A DNA stretch of 64,000 bases from NCBI GenBank assembly GCA_963801355.1, contig CAWDEM010000008.1, positions 160,001-224,000 of the forward strand, in the 5' to 3' direction. The translations under genes were made by a program, and so were the position numbers. Under the pieces are notes generated by a model. It made no database searches. It saw only the letters and a program-made list of their open reading frames with translations, and was not told where the DNA came from. This DNA is from Ignavibacteriota bacterium (GTDB lineage Bacteria; Bacteroidota; Ignavibacteria; UBA10030; UBA6906). Position 1 is the stretch's first letter; each line of letters begins with the position of its first letter. Below are positions 55,783 through 64,000 of the stretch, in pieces.

Positions 55783-58700
55783 ATGACCCCGCCGGCCGAA
55801 ATACCATTATCAGTTGCACGCATGTTGATCATACTCCTCGCATGCGTTACCGGTGTGGTCCCGTCGTTTCTCAATGCCCAATCGCTTCCATCTGCCGACG
55901 AAAGAATTTCGCTCGCATCCCTCCACCCCGACTCCGCTTTTGTCCTTGCCCACCGGTTCATGGCCGCGGGCAGCGATTCGGTCGTTTTGAATGATACCAC
56001 GACTCTGGTCCGCGGCCGGGACTACCGAATCGATTACCGGCGGGGGATGATCTGGTTCGACAGCACCCTGATCAAGGCAGTGGTGACGGGCCGTGTGGCA
56101 TCCTACGCCCGCGTCAGGTACGAGTTTTTCCCATTTACGTTCCGGGATTCCTATCAACGGCGGATCCTGGTTCTTTCCACTGATTCACTTTCACGCGCTG
56201 ACTCGCTCCGCGTGGCTAAGCCGGTTTCGACGTTTTCGATGAATGATGTTTTCGGTCCCGACCTCAGGAAGAGCGGAAGTATATTCCGGGGATTTACGGT
56301 GGGATCGAATCGCGACCTCTCACTCACATCCGGACTGCGTCTCGAGCTGTCCGGGCGCATCATGTCCGATATAGAAATCGCAGCTGCCCTTACCGACGAG
56401 AACACGCCCATACAACCCGAAGGGACTACCCAGACCCTCCAGGAATTCGACAAGGTGTTTGTCGAGATCCGCAGCACGGATCTCGCGGCGACGCTCGGTG
56501 ACTTCACGCTTGATTTTTCCGGCACGGAATTCGCCCGGCTGAGCCGGAAGCTTCAGGGTGCCCGGAGCACCGCCGCATACCGGCTCGGAAGAGTCAATGG
56601 TGAAGCTCTGATCTCGGGTGCCGTCACGCGCGGTAAGTTTGTCACGAAACAGTTCACCGGCCTTGAAGGCGTGCAGGGACCCTATATCCTCACGGGAAGG
56701 AACAACGAACGGGATATCATCGTCATCGCGGGCACTGAACGCGTTTACATCGACGGGGAACAACAAACCCGCGGCGAGACGAACGACTATACCATAGACT
56801 ACTCCACCGGCGAGATCACATTCATGACGCGCAGGCTCATCACATCGGCCTCGCGCATCACGGTGGATTTCGAGTACACTGACCGGCAATTCTCCCGCTC
56901 GCTGTTTGCAGCGCAGAACTCCACTTCCATGTTCGACAATGCTCTCCGCCTCACGGCGAGCTATTTTCGTGAGGCGGATGATCCTGATGCGCCCATCGAC
57001 TTCTCATTCAGCGATTCTGCTCGAGCCGCCCTGGCGAATGCCGGCAACGATGCGTCCAGGGCGATTTTGAGCGGCGCCACACGCGTGGATTCCAACGGGG
57101 CGTACGTGCAGGTTGATACCGTTCTTGCCGGGGGTGGCATGGCGCAGTTCTACCGGTACGCGCCCGGCAGCCCGGCTGCCCTGTACAACGTGACCTTTAC
57201 CTATGTGGGCGCGGGGAAGGGCGACTATAACCGGCAACGCGCAGGGCTCTTCGTCTGGGTCGGCCCGGGTGGCGGCGCATACCTGCCAATCCGTCGACTG
57301 CCGCTTCCCCAGCTCCACGAGCTGGTCGATCTGGCAATTGAGTCGAAACCGAGAGAGGATCTCCGGATAGCGGGAGAATATGCCCACAGCTCGCTCGATG
57401 CAAATCGTCTTTCTTCACTGGGAGACGAAGCCAACAGCGCTCATGCCGTGACGCTTGCGGCTGCATATGAGCCCAAGGCGATCCGCATCGGAGGATGGGA
57501 TCTCGGCGGCATGCAGCTGAAAGCCAGGGAGCGTTTCGTGCAGGCTCAGTTCGTTCCGATCGATCGCGTCGATGACATCGAGTTCACACGGAAGTGGGGG
57601 GTCGATTCTCTGGCAAAGGCGGATGAAGAGATACAGGAGATCTCACTGGCGTACATACCGGTGAACGGAGTATCTGTCAGCGGCGGATACGGAAGGAATC
57701 ACCGCGGGGCATTGCAGGATTCGCGACGCCGGGAAGCGGCATTTGCGCTGCAAGGGGATGGACTGCCGACGGCGGGATTCAACGTCGAAGAAATCACGTC
57801 GACGGATGCGTTGTCGGATACACGAAGCGAATGGACCAGACGCAAAGGAGGACTGGAATACACCTTCATGAACCTCACGCCCGGGGTCCGCTATGAGAGC
57901 GAGCGCCGCGAGATCGGCTCTCAGGCCGCCGGTGTCCTCCGGACGGGGAGTCTGAAGTTCGATGCGTACTCCGGTTACATCCGCTACAAACCGCCCGGAC
58001 CATTCTCCATGCAGGCGGAGCTCGGATGGCGGAGCGACGACCAGTTCCGGGGCGGTGCGGTTGTCCGCGAGTCGCAATCGTTCACGCAGTCGTACAACGC
58101 CCGCCTCACCGAATGGCATGCGCTCTCGTCCTCCACCGACGTTACGGTGCGCAAGAAAACCTATTCGGAGGTTTTCCGGCTGGCAGGGAGTCAGGACATC
58201 CAGACCGTCCTGGTGCGCAACCGCACGCGGTATGCACCCCTCAATCGCGGCGTGGAGACAGATCTCTACTATGAGGTTACCACGGAGCAGGCCTCGAAGT
58301 TCGAACGGGTGTTCGTGAAAGTGACACCCGGCACGGGGACGTATCGGTACCTCGGCGACCAGAACGGCAACGGCCTTGCCGACGACAGCGAGTTCGTTCT
58401 TGCCCGGTTCGACGGTGACTTCGTTGCCGTGACGCTGCCGACCGATGAACTCACCCCCGTCATCGATTTGAAAACCAGCATCCGGCTCCGGATCGTGCCG
58501 TCGCGCTTTATCGGGAATGAAGGCACTATCGCCCGCATACTTTCAGCCCTGACATCGGAAACCTACCTGCGCCTTGAAGAGAAGAGTACGGCGCGCGATC
58601 TCTCGAGCATCTATCTGCTTCACTTGTCGAGGTTCCAGCAGGACGCGACCACCATAGCCGGGTCGACGATTTTCACGCAGGATGTTTTGATGTTCGAGGG

Positions 58701-59304
58701 GAGCCCGCTGTTCTCGACACGTCTCCGGTTTTCCGAGCGCAGAGGAGTGACAAACCTGAGCGGCGGGATTGAGCATGCCTTTCAGCGCGAACGGTCGGTG
58801 CGGGTGCGCCTGCAGCTCATGCCGGAGATTGCCAATCAGATTGATTATGTGAACCGGATTGACCGGGTGAGTGGACTCACCGCGTCACCACGCTTGCGGG
58901 ATATCGTCAGTAACGGCTTCACGTACGATCTCTCTTACCGGCCCCGGCAGAACGCCGAGCTCGGATTCAAGCTTGACGTAAGCCGGGCGAACGACGGGTT
59001 GCCGGCTCCGGAACTCAGAGCTGACCTGAATGCGCAGTCGGTGAGAGTCGTTTATGCTCTCCAGGGGTCAGGTCAGGCCCGTGCGGAGTTTGTGCGTGAA
59101 GAAGTGCAGCTTGCGCGTGCCCTTGACACTTTTCCGTTTGAATTGACCGGGGGGCGTGTCAATGGAAAAACATGGATCTGGCGCGGTGCCTTCGAGTATC
59201 GCATGACACAATTCCTTCAAGCGACGGTGAACTACGAGGGACGCATCGAGGGTGGGAGCCGTCCGGTGCATACGGCGAGGGCGGAGGTTCGGGCGTTTTT
59301 CTGA
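55783..59304 (+). CDS. Large conserved-hypothetical outer-membrane beta-barrel protein with SprA-like motifs
   Basis: Signal-like N-terminus; two RG..(N)DY.IDY..G.I.F motifs; GPY.L, ERVYIDG; amphipathic strands; terminal VRAFF. Start uncertain. Confidence 0.65.
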   Translation: MTPPAEIPLSVARMLIILLACVTGVVPSFLNAQSLPSADERISLASLHPDSAFVLAHRFMAAGSDSVVLNDTTTLVRGRDYRIDYRRGMIWFDSTLIKAVVTGRVASYARVRYEFFPFTFRDSYQRRILVLSTDSLSRADSLRVAKPVSTFSMNDVFGPDLRKSGSIFRGFTVGSNRDLSLTSGLRLELSGRIMSDIEIAAALTDENTPIQPEGTTQTLQEFDKVFVEIRSTDLAATLGDFTLDFSGTEFARLSRKLQGARSTAAYRLGRVNGEALISGAVTRGKFVTKQFTGLEGVQGPYILTGRNNERDIIVIAGTERVYIDGEQQTRGETNDYTIDYSTGEITFMTRRLITSASRITVDFEYTDRQFSRSLFAAQNSTSMFDNALRLTASYFREADDPDAPIDFSFSDSARAALANAGNDASRAILSGATRVDSNGAYVQVDTVLAGGGMAQFYRYAPGSPAALYNVTFTYVGAGKGDYNRQRAGLFVWVGPGGGAYLPIRRLPLPQLHELVDLAIESKPREDLRIAGEYAHSSLDANRLSSLGDEANSAHAVTLAAAYEPKAIRIGGWDLGGMQLKARERFVQAQFVPIDRVDDIEFTRKWGVDSLAKADEEIQEISLAYIPVNGVSVSGGYGRNHRGALQDSRRREAAFALQGDGLPTAGFNVEEITSTDALSDTRSEWTRRKGGLEYTFMNLTPGVRYESERREIGSQAAGVLRTGSLKFDAYSGYIRYKPPGPFSMQAELGWRSDDQFRGGAVVRESQSFTQSYNARLTEWHALSSSTDVTVRKKTYSEVFRLAGSQDIQTVLVRNRTRYAPLNRGVETDLYYEVTTEQASKFERVFVKVTPGTGTYRYLGDQNGNGLADDSEFVLARFDGDFVAVTLPTDELTPVIDLKTSIRLRIVPSRFIGNEGTIARILSALTSETYLRLEEKSTARDLSSIYLLHLSRFQQDATTIAGSTIFTQDVLMFEGSPLFSTRLRFSERRGVTNLSGGIEHAFQRERSVRVRLQLMPEIANQIDYVNRIDRVSGLTASPRLRDIVSNGFTYDLSYRPRQNAELGFKLDVSRANDGLPAPELRADLNAQSVRVVYALQGSGQARAEFVREEVQLARALDTFPFELTGGRVNGKTWIWRGAFEYRMTQFLQATVNYEGRIEGGSRPVHTARAEVRAFF

Positions 59305-59362
59305 AAGACTGATGACGGTCACGGGATTCTGTCTCTGATTTCAGAATTGATGCGTGATAAAC

Positions 59363-59391
59363 TTGCGTTTCAAATGTCTATTCTGTATACT
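59363..59391 (+). promoter_or_regulatory. Sigma70 promoter of ogt-pcrA
   Basis: TTGCGT(59363)-17 nt-TATACT(59386). Confidence 0.6.
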
Positions 59392-59462
59392 CCAACGTCC
59401 CTCCCGTGGGGACGTCGGCGATTTTCCTAGCCATCATCTCGCGGGGCTCTCTTCCTCGTCCC

Positions 59463-59966
59463 ATGGTCTACTGCACATCATTTGAGTCCAAGATAGGCCT
59501 GATCTACGTCGCTTCGACGGAGAAAGGTGTCTGCAAAGTCAGTGTTCCGCGTCAGACAAAGCGGGATTTTTTCCGCTGGCTCCGCGAGAACTTTGACGAC
59601 AGTGAAGTAGCAGACAACAAGTCCCGCAACCGTGAAGTGATCGATCAGCTTGCACGCTACTTCAACGGTAGGCTCGCGAAGTTCACGGTGACCGTCGATC
59701 TCATCGGCACGCCGTTTCAGGTGCGTGTGTGGCGGGAACTCGGAAAGATTCCCTACGGCACAACGATCAGCTACAAGCAACTGGCAAAGCGTCTGGGGAC
59801 GAGCCGGGGATTTCAAGCTGTCGGACGTGCGAATGCCGCCAATCCCGTGCCCATCATCGTGCCGTGCCACCGCGTGCTGGGAACCGACGGTTCACTTGTC
59901 GGCTATGCCAGCGGTGTGAAGACGAAAGAGTTCCTCCTGAAGCTTGAGGGTGCCTTGATGATTTGA
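59463..59966 (+). CDS. ogt: Methylated-DNA-protein-cysteine methyltransferase
   Basis: GTPFQVRVW, IPYG..ISY, QAVG.AN..NP, active-site PCHRV, KEFLLKLEG. Confidence 0.94.
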   Translation: MVYCTSFESKIGLIYVASTEKGVCKVSVPRQTKRDFFRWLRENFDDSEVADNKSRNREVIDQLARYFNGRLAKFTVTVDLIGTPFQVRVWRELGKIPYGTTISYKQLAKRLGTSRGFQAVGRANAANPVPIIVPCHRVLGTDGSLVGYASGVKTKEFLLKLEGALMI

Positions 59967-60025
59967 AGATGTGTTCTGTTCCCGCCGCGCGTTGCCTTCC
60001 GTAACCAATTTCCGTATCATGCCTC

Positions 60026-62266
60026 ATGTCTTTTCTGCAACAGCTCAATGACGTCCAACGTGATGCCGTAGAGGCCACGGAAGGACCGGTAATGATTGTC
60101 GCCGGCGCCGGGAGCGGGAAGACGCGCGTGCTCACATACCGCGCGGCGTATCTCCTGCAACAGGGTATCCGTCCTGAAAGCATTCTTGCCCTGACGTTCA
60201 CCAACAAAGCGGCCAACGAAATGAAGGGCCGCATTGCCGATCTCGTCGGTCCATCGAACCGCGCGATTTGGATGGGCACCTTTCATTCGATCTTCGCCCG
60301 CATCCTGCGTATTGAGGCTGAACGGCTCGGCTACACGCGCACGTTTTCGATCTACGATACCGATGATTCGCAGTCCCTGATCAAGGGCATCATGAACGAT
60401 CTGGGGGTTTCCGCGCAGCAGTATCCGCCTGCGGGCATCCGCAGCCGCATCAGCGTTGCCAAAAACTCTATGATTTCCAGCGCTGATTACCAGAAGGGCG
60501 CGCGCGACCCGGCCGCGCAGCGTGCAGGCGATATCTTCGAGGAGTACGAACGCCGCCTCTTCAAGAACAACGCACTGGACTTTGACGACCTGCTCCTGAA
60601 ACCCCTGGAGCTGTTCCGCCGTCATCGTGATGTGCTTCAACGATATCAGATGCGATTCCAATTCATCCTGGTCGACGAGTACCAGGACACCAACAGGGTG
60701 CAGTATCTCCTGTTGCAGGAGCTGGCCGCCCGGCTCAAGAATATCTGTGTGGTTGGGGATGACGCGCAGAGCATCTACGCCTTCCGCGGAGCCGACATCC
60801 GGAACATTCTCGATTTTGAAAAAGACTATCCAGAGTGTCGCGTGTTCCGGCTCGAACAAAACTACAGGTCCACCAAGACCATTCTCGGTGCGGCCGATTC
60901 GCTCATCAGGCACAACGAGCGGCAGATTCCGAAGAAGCTCTGGACGAGCAATGCCGCCGGCGACGCGGTCATACTGGATATCTGTAACGACGATAGGGAG
61001 GAAGCCCGGAGGATTGTCGCCCACATTCAGGAGGAAACACACAAGCGCAAGCTGGGCCTGAATGACTTTGCCGTCTTGTACCGGACGAACGCACAATCCC
61101 GGACAATCGAAGATGCGCTCCGCAGGGCCGCAATACCCTACGTCATCGTGGGAGGGGTTGCGTTCTACAAGCGGAAGGAAATCAAGGATATTCTTGCGTA
61201 CCTGCGCGTCATTGCGAACCCGAAGGACGACGAAAGCGTCGTACGAATCCTGAATGTGCCCGCGCGGGCAATAGGGAACACTACCCTGCAACGGATCCGT
61301 ACAGTCGCGGCGGCGGAGAGAATTCCGATCATGGCTGCCCTGAACTCGCGGAGCCTTGAGGGACTGCTGGCCGACCGCACGCTGAAATCCGTCAGGGAGT
61401 TTCATGCGATGCTGCAGAAGTATATTGTGCTGAAAACAGAAATGTCGGCGAATGAACTTGCCAGGGCGGTCGTGGATGAGACCGGCATCCTCCGCGCCCT
61501 CAAGGAAGAGAACACTCCCGAATCCCTGGCACGGAGGGACAACATACAGGAATTGATTTCGGCGCTGGCCGAATTCGCCGACCAGCATCCCGGTTCGACC
61601 CTGGAGGACTTTCTCTCCGAAGTATCGCTGGTCTCGGATGTGGATATGGCCGAGTTCGGCCGCAATGCCGTAACGCTCATGACGCTGCACGCGGCAAAAG
61701 GGCTCGAGTTTCCGGTCGTGTTCATCGCCGGACTGGAGGAGGGGCTGCTGCCGATCTCCCTTGCACTTGACAGCAAGGAGGAAGTGGAGGAAGAACGACG
61801 CCTGCTCTACGTGGGTATGACGCGTGCGGAACAGCTCCTCTATCTCTCATTCGCACATACACGCTACCACCAGGGCGAGATGCTCTATTCACTCCGCTCG
61901 CGGTTTCTCGATGACATCGATCCGACTTTTGTTTTTTCCTCCGAGAAGACCGGTCTCCTCCGGCATGCGGCAGCCGGTACGGCCCCGACATCCATGCGCA
62001 CGCCGCGGACCGTGCTCCACCCGAGCCGCCACCGGGCACCGGAGACGGATCAATTTGCGGCCGACACCATGCCGGACTACGAGAATCATTCCCAGGAAGA
62101 ATTCGAGCCCCGGGTGGGATTGCGCGTCACGCATGAAACATTCGGGACCGGGCACATTGTCGCCCTGGACGGTCACGGTGACGATGCGCGGGCAATTGTA
62201 GAATTTACCTCTGTCGGACGGAAGAAACTCCTCCTGAAGTTCGCCCGGCTCAGAATTCCCCGGTAG
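60026..62266 (+). CDS. pcrA: UvrD/PcrA-family DNA helicase
   Basis: AGAGSGKT, TFTNKAA, DEYQDTN, VGDDAQSIY, LEQNYRS, TLHAAKGLEF, EEERRLLYVGMTRA; C-terminal Tudor-like V.H..FG.G. Confidence 0.93.
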   Translation: MSFLQQLNDVQRDAVEATEGPVMIVAGAGSGKTRVLTYRAAYLLQQGIRPESILALTFTNKAANEMKGRIADLVGPSNRAIWMGTFHSIFARILRIEAERLGYTRTFSIYDTDDSQSLIKGIMNDLGVSAQQYPPAGIRSRISVAKNSMISSADYQKGARDPAAQRAGDIFEEYERRLFKNNALDFDDLLLKPLELFRRHRDVLQRYQMRFQFILVDEYQDTNRVQYLLLQELAARLKNICVVGDDAQSIYAFRGADIRNILDFEKDYPECRVFRLEQNYRSTKTILGAADSLIRHNERQIPKKLWTSNAAGDAVILDICNDDREEARRIVAHIQEETHKRKLGLNDFAVLYRTNAQSRTIEDALRRAAIPYVIVGGVAFYKRKEIKDILAYLRVIANPKDDESVVRILNVPARAIGNTTLQRIRTVAAAERIPIMAALNSRSLEGLLADRTLKSVREFHAMLQKYIVLKTEMSANELARAVVDETGILRALKEENTPESLARRDNIQELISALAEFADQHPGSTLEDFLSEVSLVSDVDMAEFGRNAVTLMTLHAAKGLEFPVVFIAGLEEGLLPISLALDSKEEVEEERRLLYVGMTRAEQLLYLSFAHTRYHQGEMLYSLRSRFLDDIDPTFVFSSEKTGLLRHAAAGTAPTSMRTPRTVLHPSRHRAPETDQFAADTMPDYENHSQEEFEPRVGLRVTHETFGTGHIVALDGHGDDARAIVEFTSVGRKKLLLKFARLRIPR

Positions 62267-62275
62267 TTCTTCTTC

Positions 62276-62304
62276 TTGACACTCAGCAGAGGATGGCGTA
62301 TTAT
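62276..62304 (+). promoter_or_regulatory. Sigma70 promoter of the mltD-like gene
   Basis: TTGACA(62276)-17 nt-TATTAT(62299). Confidence 0.75.
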
Positions 62305-62365
62305 GTGTAATCTTCTTCGCAAGCATAGTGCAGAGTGAGAAGGAACTCATAGTAGCGAAAGGTGC

Positions 62366-64000
62366 ATGATGAGAAGTACGTGTCTGTTTGCCGCTGCAGC
62401 GGCGATGTTGGTAGTGGGGTGTGCTTCCCAGCAGTCGGCAGAATACCTCATGCCCCAGACTGTGTCCACCGCGTTACCTGACTCTCTCCCCGCAGAACCC
62501 GTTCAACCTGAAAACCTCGAAACCGATTCGACGATTGTGTTTACCCAATCGTACGGCGTTCCGGACGACTCGTTAATTGCCGCGATGCTGGAAACAGCCC
62601 GGCAACACTATCTGTCTGCGACGACCGCCGCTGCAAACGGCGACTCCCTCAGGTCGATGGTGCAGTTTGAAGAGGCCATTGCCCTCCTGGACGAGCTCAG
62701 CGACGTACCGGGGATTGAATCGAACAAAGACTTTGCGGACTTGAGCAAGGCGGTGGTGGAGGACTATGAATTGCATATTGCGCGTATCGACAGCCTTTCG
62801 CCCGAGTCTTCGATTTCGGCCCTGCGGGAGAAGATGAACCAGGTCGCCGAACTGGCGGATACAGTTGCACTGGGACCACAGCTGACCCTGGTGCAGGGAA
62901 CGACGGTCCCGCTGGTAATGAATTCCCTCGTTGAGAGTCACATAAACTTCTACACCGGTCGGGGCCGTGTGCACGTGGAGCGATGGATCAAGAATTCGGG
63001 ACGGTACTTTCCTCTCCTGCGGAAAATCCTGAACGAAGAAAAGGTCCCCGAGGAACTTGTGCACCTGAGCATGATCGAGAGCGGTGTGAACCCGAATGCG
63101 CGTTCCTGGGCGCGGGCCGTGGGTATGTGGCAGTTCATAAAGGGCACGGGACGGCTCTACGGGTTGCGCACATCGTTCTTTCTGGACGAGCGTCGCGATT
63201 TTGAGAAGGCCACCCGCGCTGCTGCACGGCATCTGCGCGACCTGTACGAGGAATTCGGCGACTGGTATCTTGTGCTCTCTGCTTACAACTCCGGAGCAGG
63301 GAGGATTTATTCCGGCATCCGGCGGACCGGCTCGACAGATTTCTGGGAGATGCGGCGCCGCCTTCCCCGGGAGACCCGCAACTACGTTCCGCAGTATATT
63401 GCGGCAACCTTGATCTCCTTAAACCCCACACAGTATGGTTTCGAATCCGTTGTGCCGTATCCTCCTCTCGTATTTGACACCGTACGCGTGGACGACGGCA
63501 TTGATCTCTCTCTTCTGGCAGATTGTGCCGGCGTGGATGAGCAGACGATCCGGGATCTGAATCCGGAACTCATCCAATGGTGCACCCCTCCGGGCATCAA
63601 GCGTTATACGCTGCGCATTCCTCCGGGGCGAACGCAAATGTTCCGGGCAAAGTACGCGCAAATCCCGGAAAGCGCCAGACGCGACTGGGTCGTCCACACG
63701 GTGCGACGCGGTGAAACCCTCGGTGGAATTGCGGTTCGCTACGGTATTACTGTGGAGGTGCTCAAGGAAGCCAACCGGCTTGCGTCGGCAAAACGTCTTT
63801 CTGTGGGGAAACAGGTTGTCATTCCGGTGCCGCGCGGGTCACATCGGTTTGCTTCGCTCGTAAATTCTTCGGCCACGATGGAATCTGTGCGTGAAAGATC
63901 GCGACGCTCGGTTGACAGGACACGGGTCGCCAGGGCGTTGGCCCGCTCCACCCGACAGGCCTCCGCGGCGCAGCCCAGGGGAACAACGCGTATCGCGTAC
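62366..64000 (+). CDS. mltD: MltD-like lytic transglycosylase lipoprotein with LysM (3' end runs off the window)
   Basis: Not in the ORF track; translated by hand: MMRSTCLFAAAAAMLVVG-C, SMIESGVNPNARSWARAVGMWQF, DERRD, AYNSG, ETRNYVP, LysM HTVRRGETLGGIAVRYG. Confidence 0.88.
   Translation, partial: MMRSTCLFAAAAAMLVVGCASQQSAEYLMPQTVSTALPDSLPAEPVQPENLETDSTIVFTQSYGVPDDSLIAAMLETARQHYLSATTAAANGDSLRSMVQFEEAIALLDELSDVPGIESNKDFADLSKAVVEDYELHIARIDSLSPESSISALREKMNQVAELADTVALGPQLTLVQGTTVPLVMNSLVESHINFYTGRGRVHVERWIKNSGRYFPLLRKILNEEKVPEELVHLSMIESGVNPNARSWARAVGMWQFIKGTGRLYGLRTSFFLDERRDFEKATRAAARHLRDLYEEFGDWYLVLSAYNSGAGRIYSGIRRTGSTDFWEMRRRLPRETRNYVPQYIAATLISLNPTQYGFESVVPYPPLVFDTVRVDDGIDLSLLADCAGVDEQTIRDLNPELIQWCTPPGIKRYTLRIPPGRTQMFRAKYAQIPESARRDWVVHTVRRGETLGGIAVRYGITVEVLKEANRLASAKRLSVGKQVVIPVPRGSHRFASLVNSSATMESVRERSRRSVDRTRVARALARSTRQASAAQPRGTTRIAY

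Noticed and set aside
60017-61690. 557-aa minus-strand ORF
   Set aside because: Antisense shadow of pcrA, as is common in GC-rich DNA.
62573-63951. Several short ORFs listed at the window end
   Set aside because: All overlap the real mltD-like frame starting at 62366.

Overview
A gene-dense, GC-rich bacterial chromosome segment with no integrase, transposase, phage gene or CRISPR array visible. About eight proteins carry type IX secretion (T9SS) C-terminal sorting-type domains and there are three PorV/PorQ-like barrels, yet the promoters are canonical TTGACA/TATAAT-type, which suggests an Ignavibacteria-like FCB-group organism rather than Bacteroidia (inference). The centrepiece is a ~27 kb LacI-controlled locus (27256-54418) that looks like a complete beta-1,2-glucan utilisation system without SusD. 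It encodes two T9SS proteins with repeated CBM9-like modules, a TonB-dependent receptor, a 1092-aa CTD-bearing partner, a dedicated PorV-like barrel, a stand-alone Cgs-type GH94 phosphorylase, two GH144 glucanases, an apparently unclassified six-hairpin hydrolase and a sugar ABC transporter. Also present are a six-gene operon (lipoprotein, beta-propeller, two PorV-like barrels, NfeD, SPFH), a sigma54-type cluster with a clan-CD protease-like lipoprotein and a pilin-like protein, a T9SS cupredoxin, arsR-arsM, tRNA-Leu(CAA), a barrel protein with SprA-like motifs, ogt, pcrA and a partial mltD. All family assignments come from reading motifs by eye; no searches were run.
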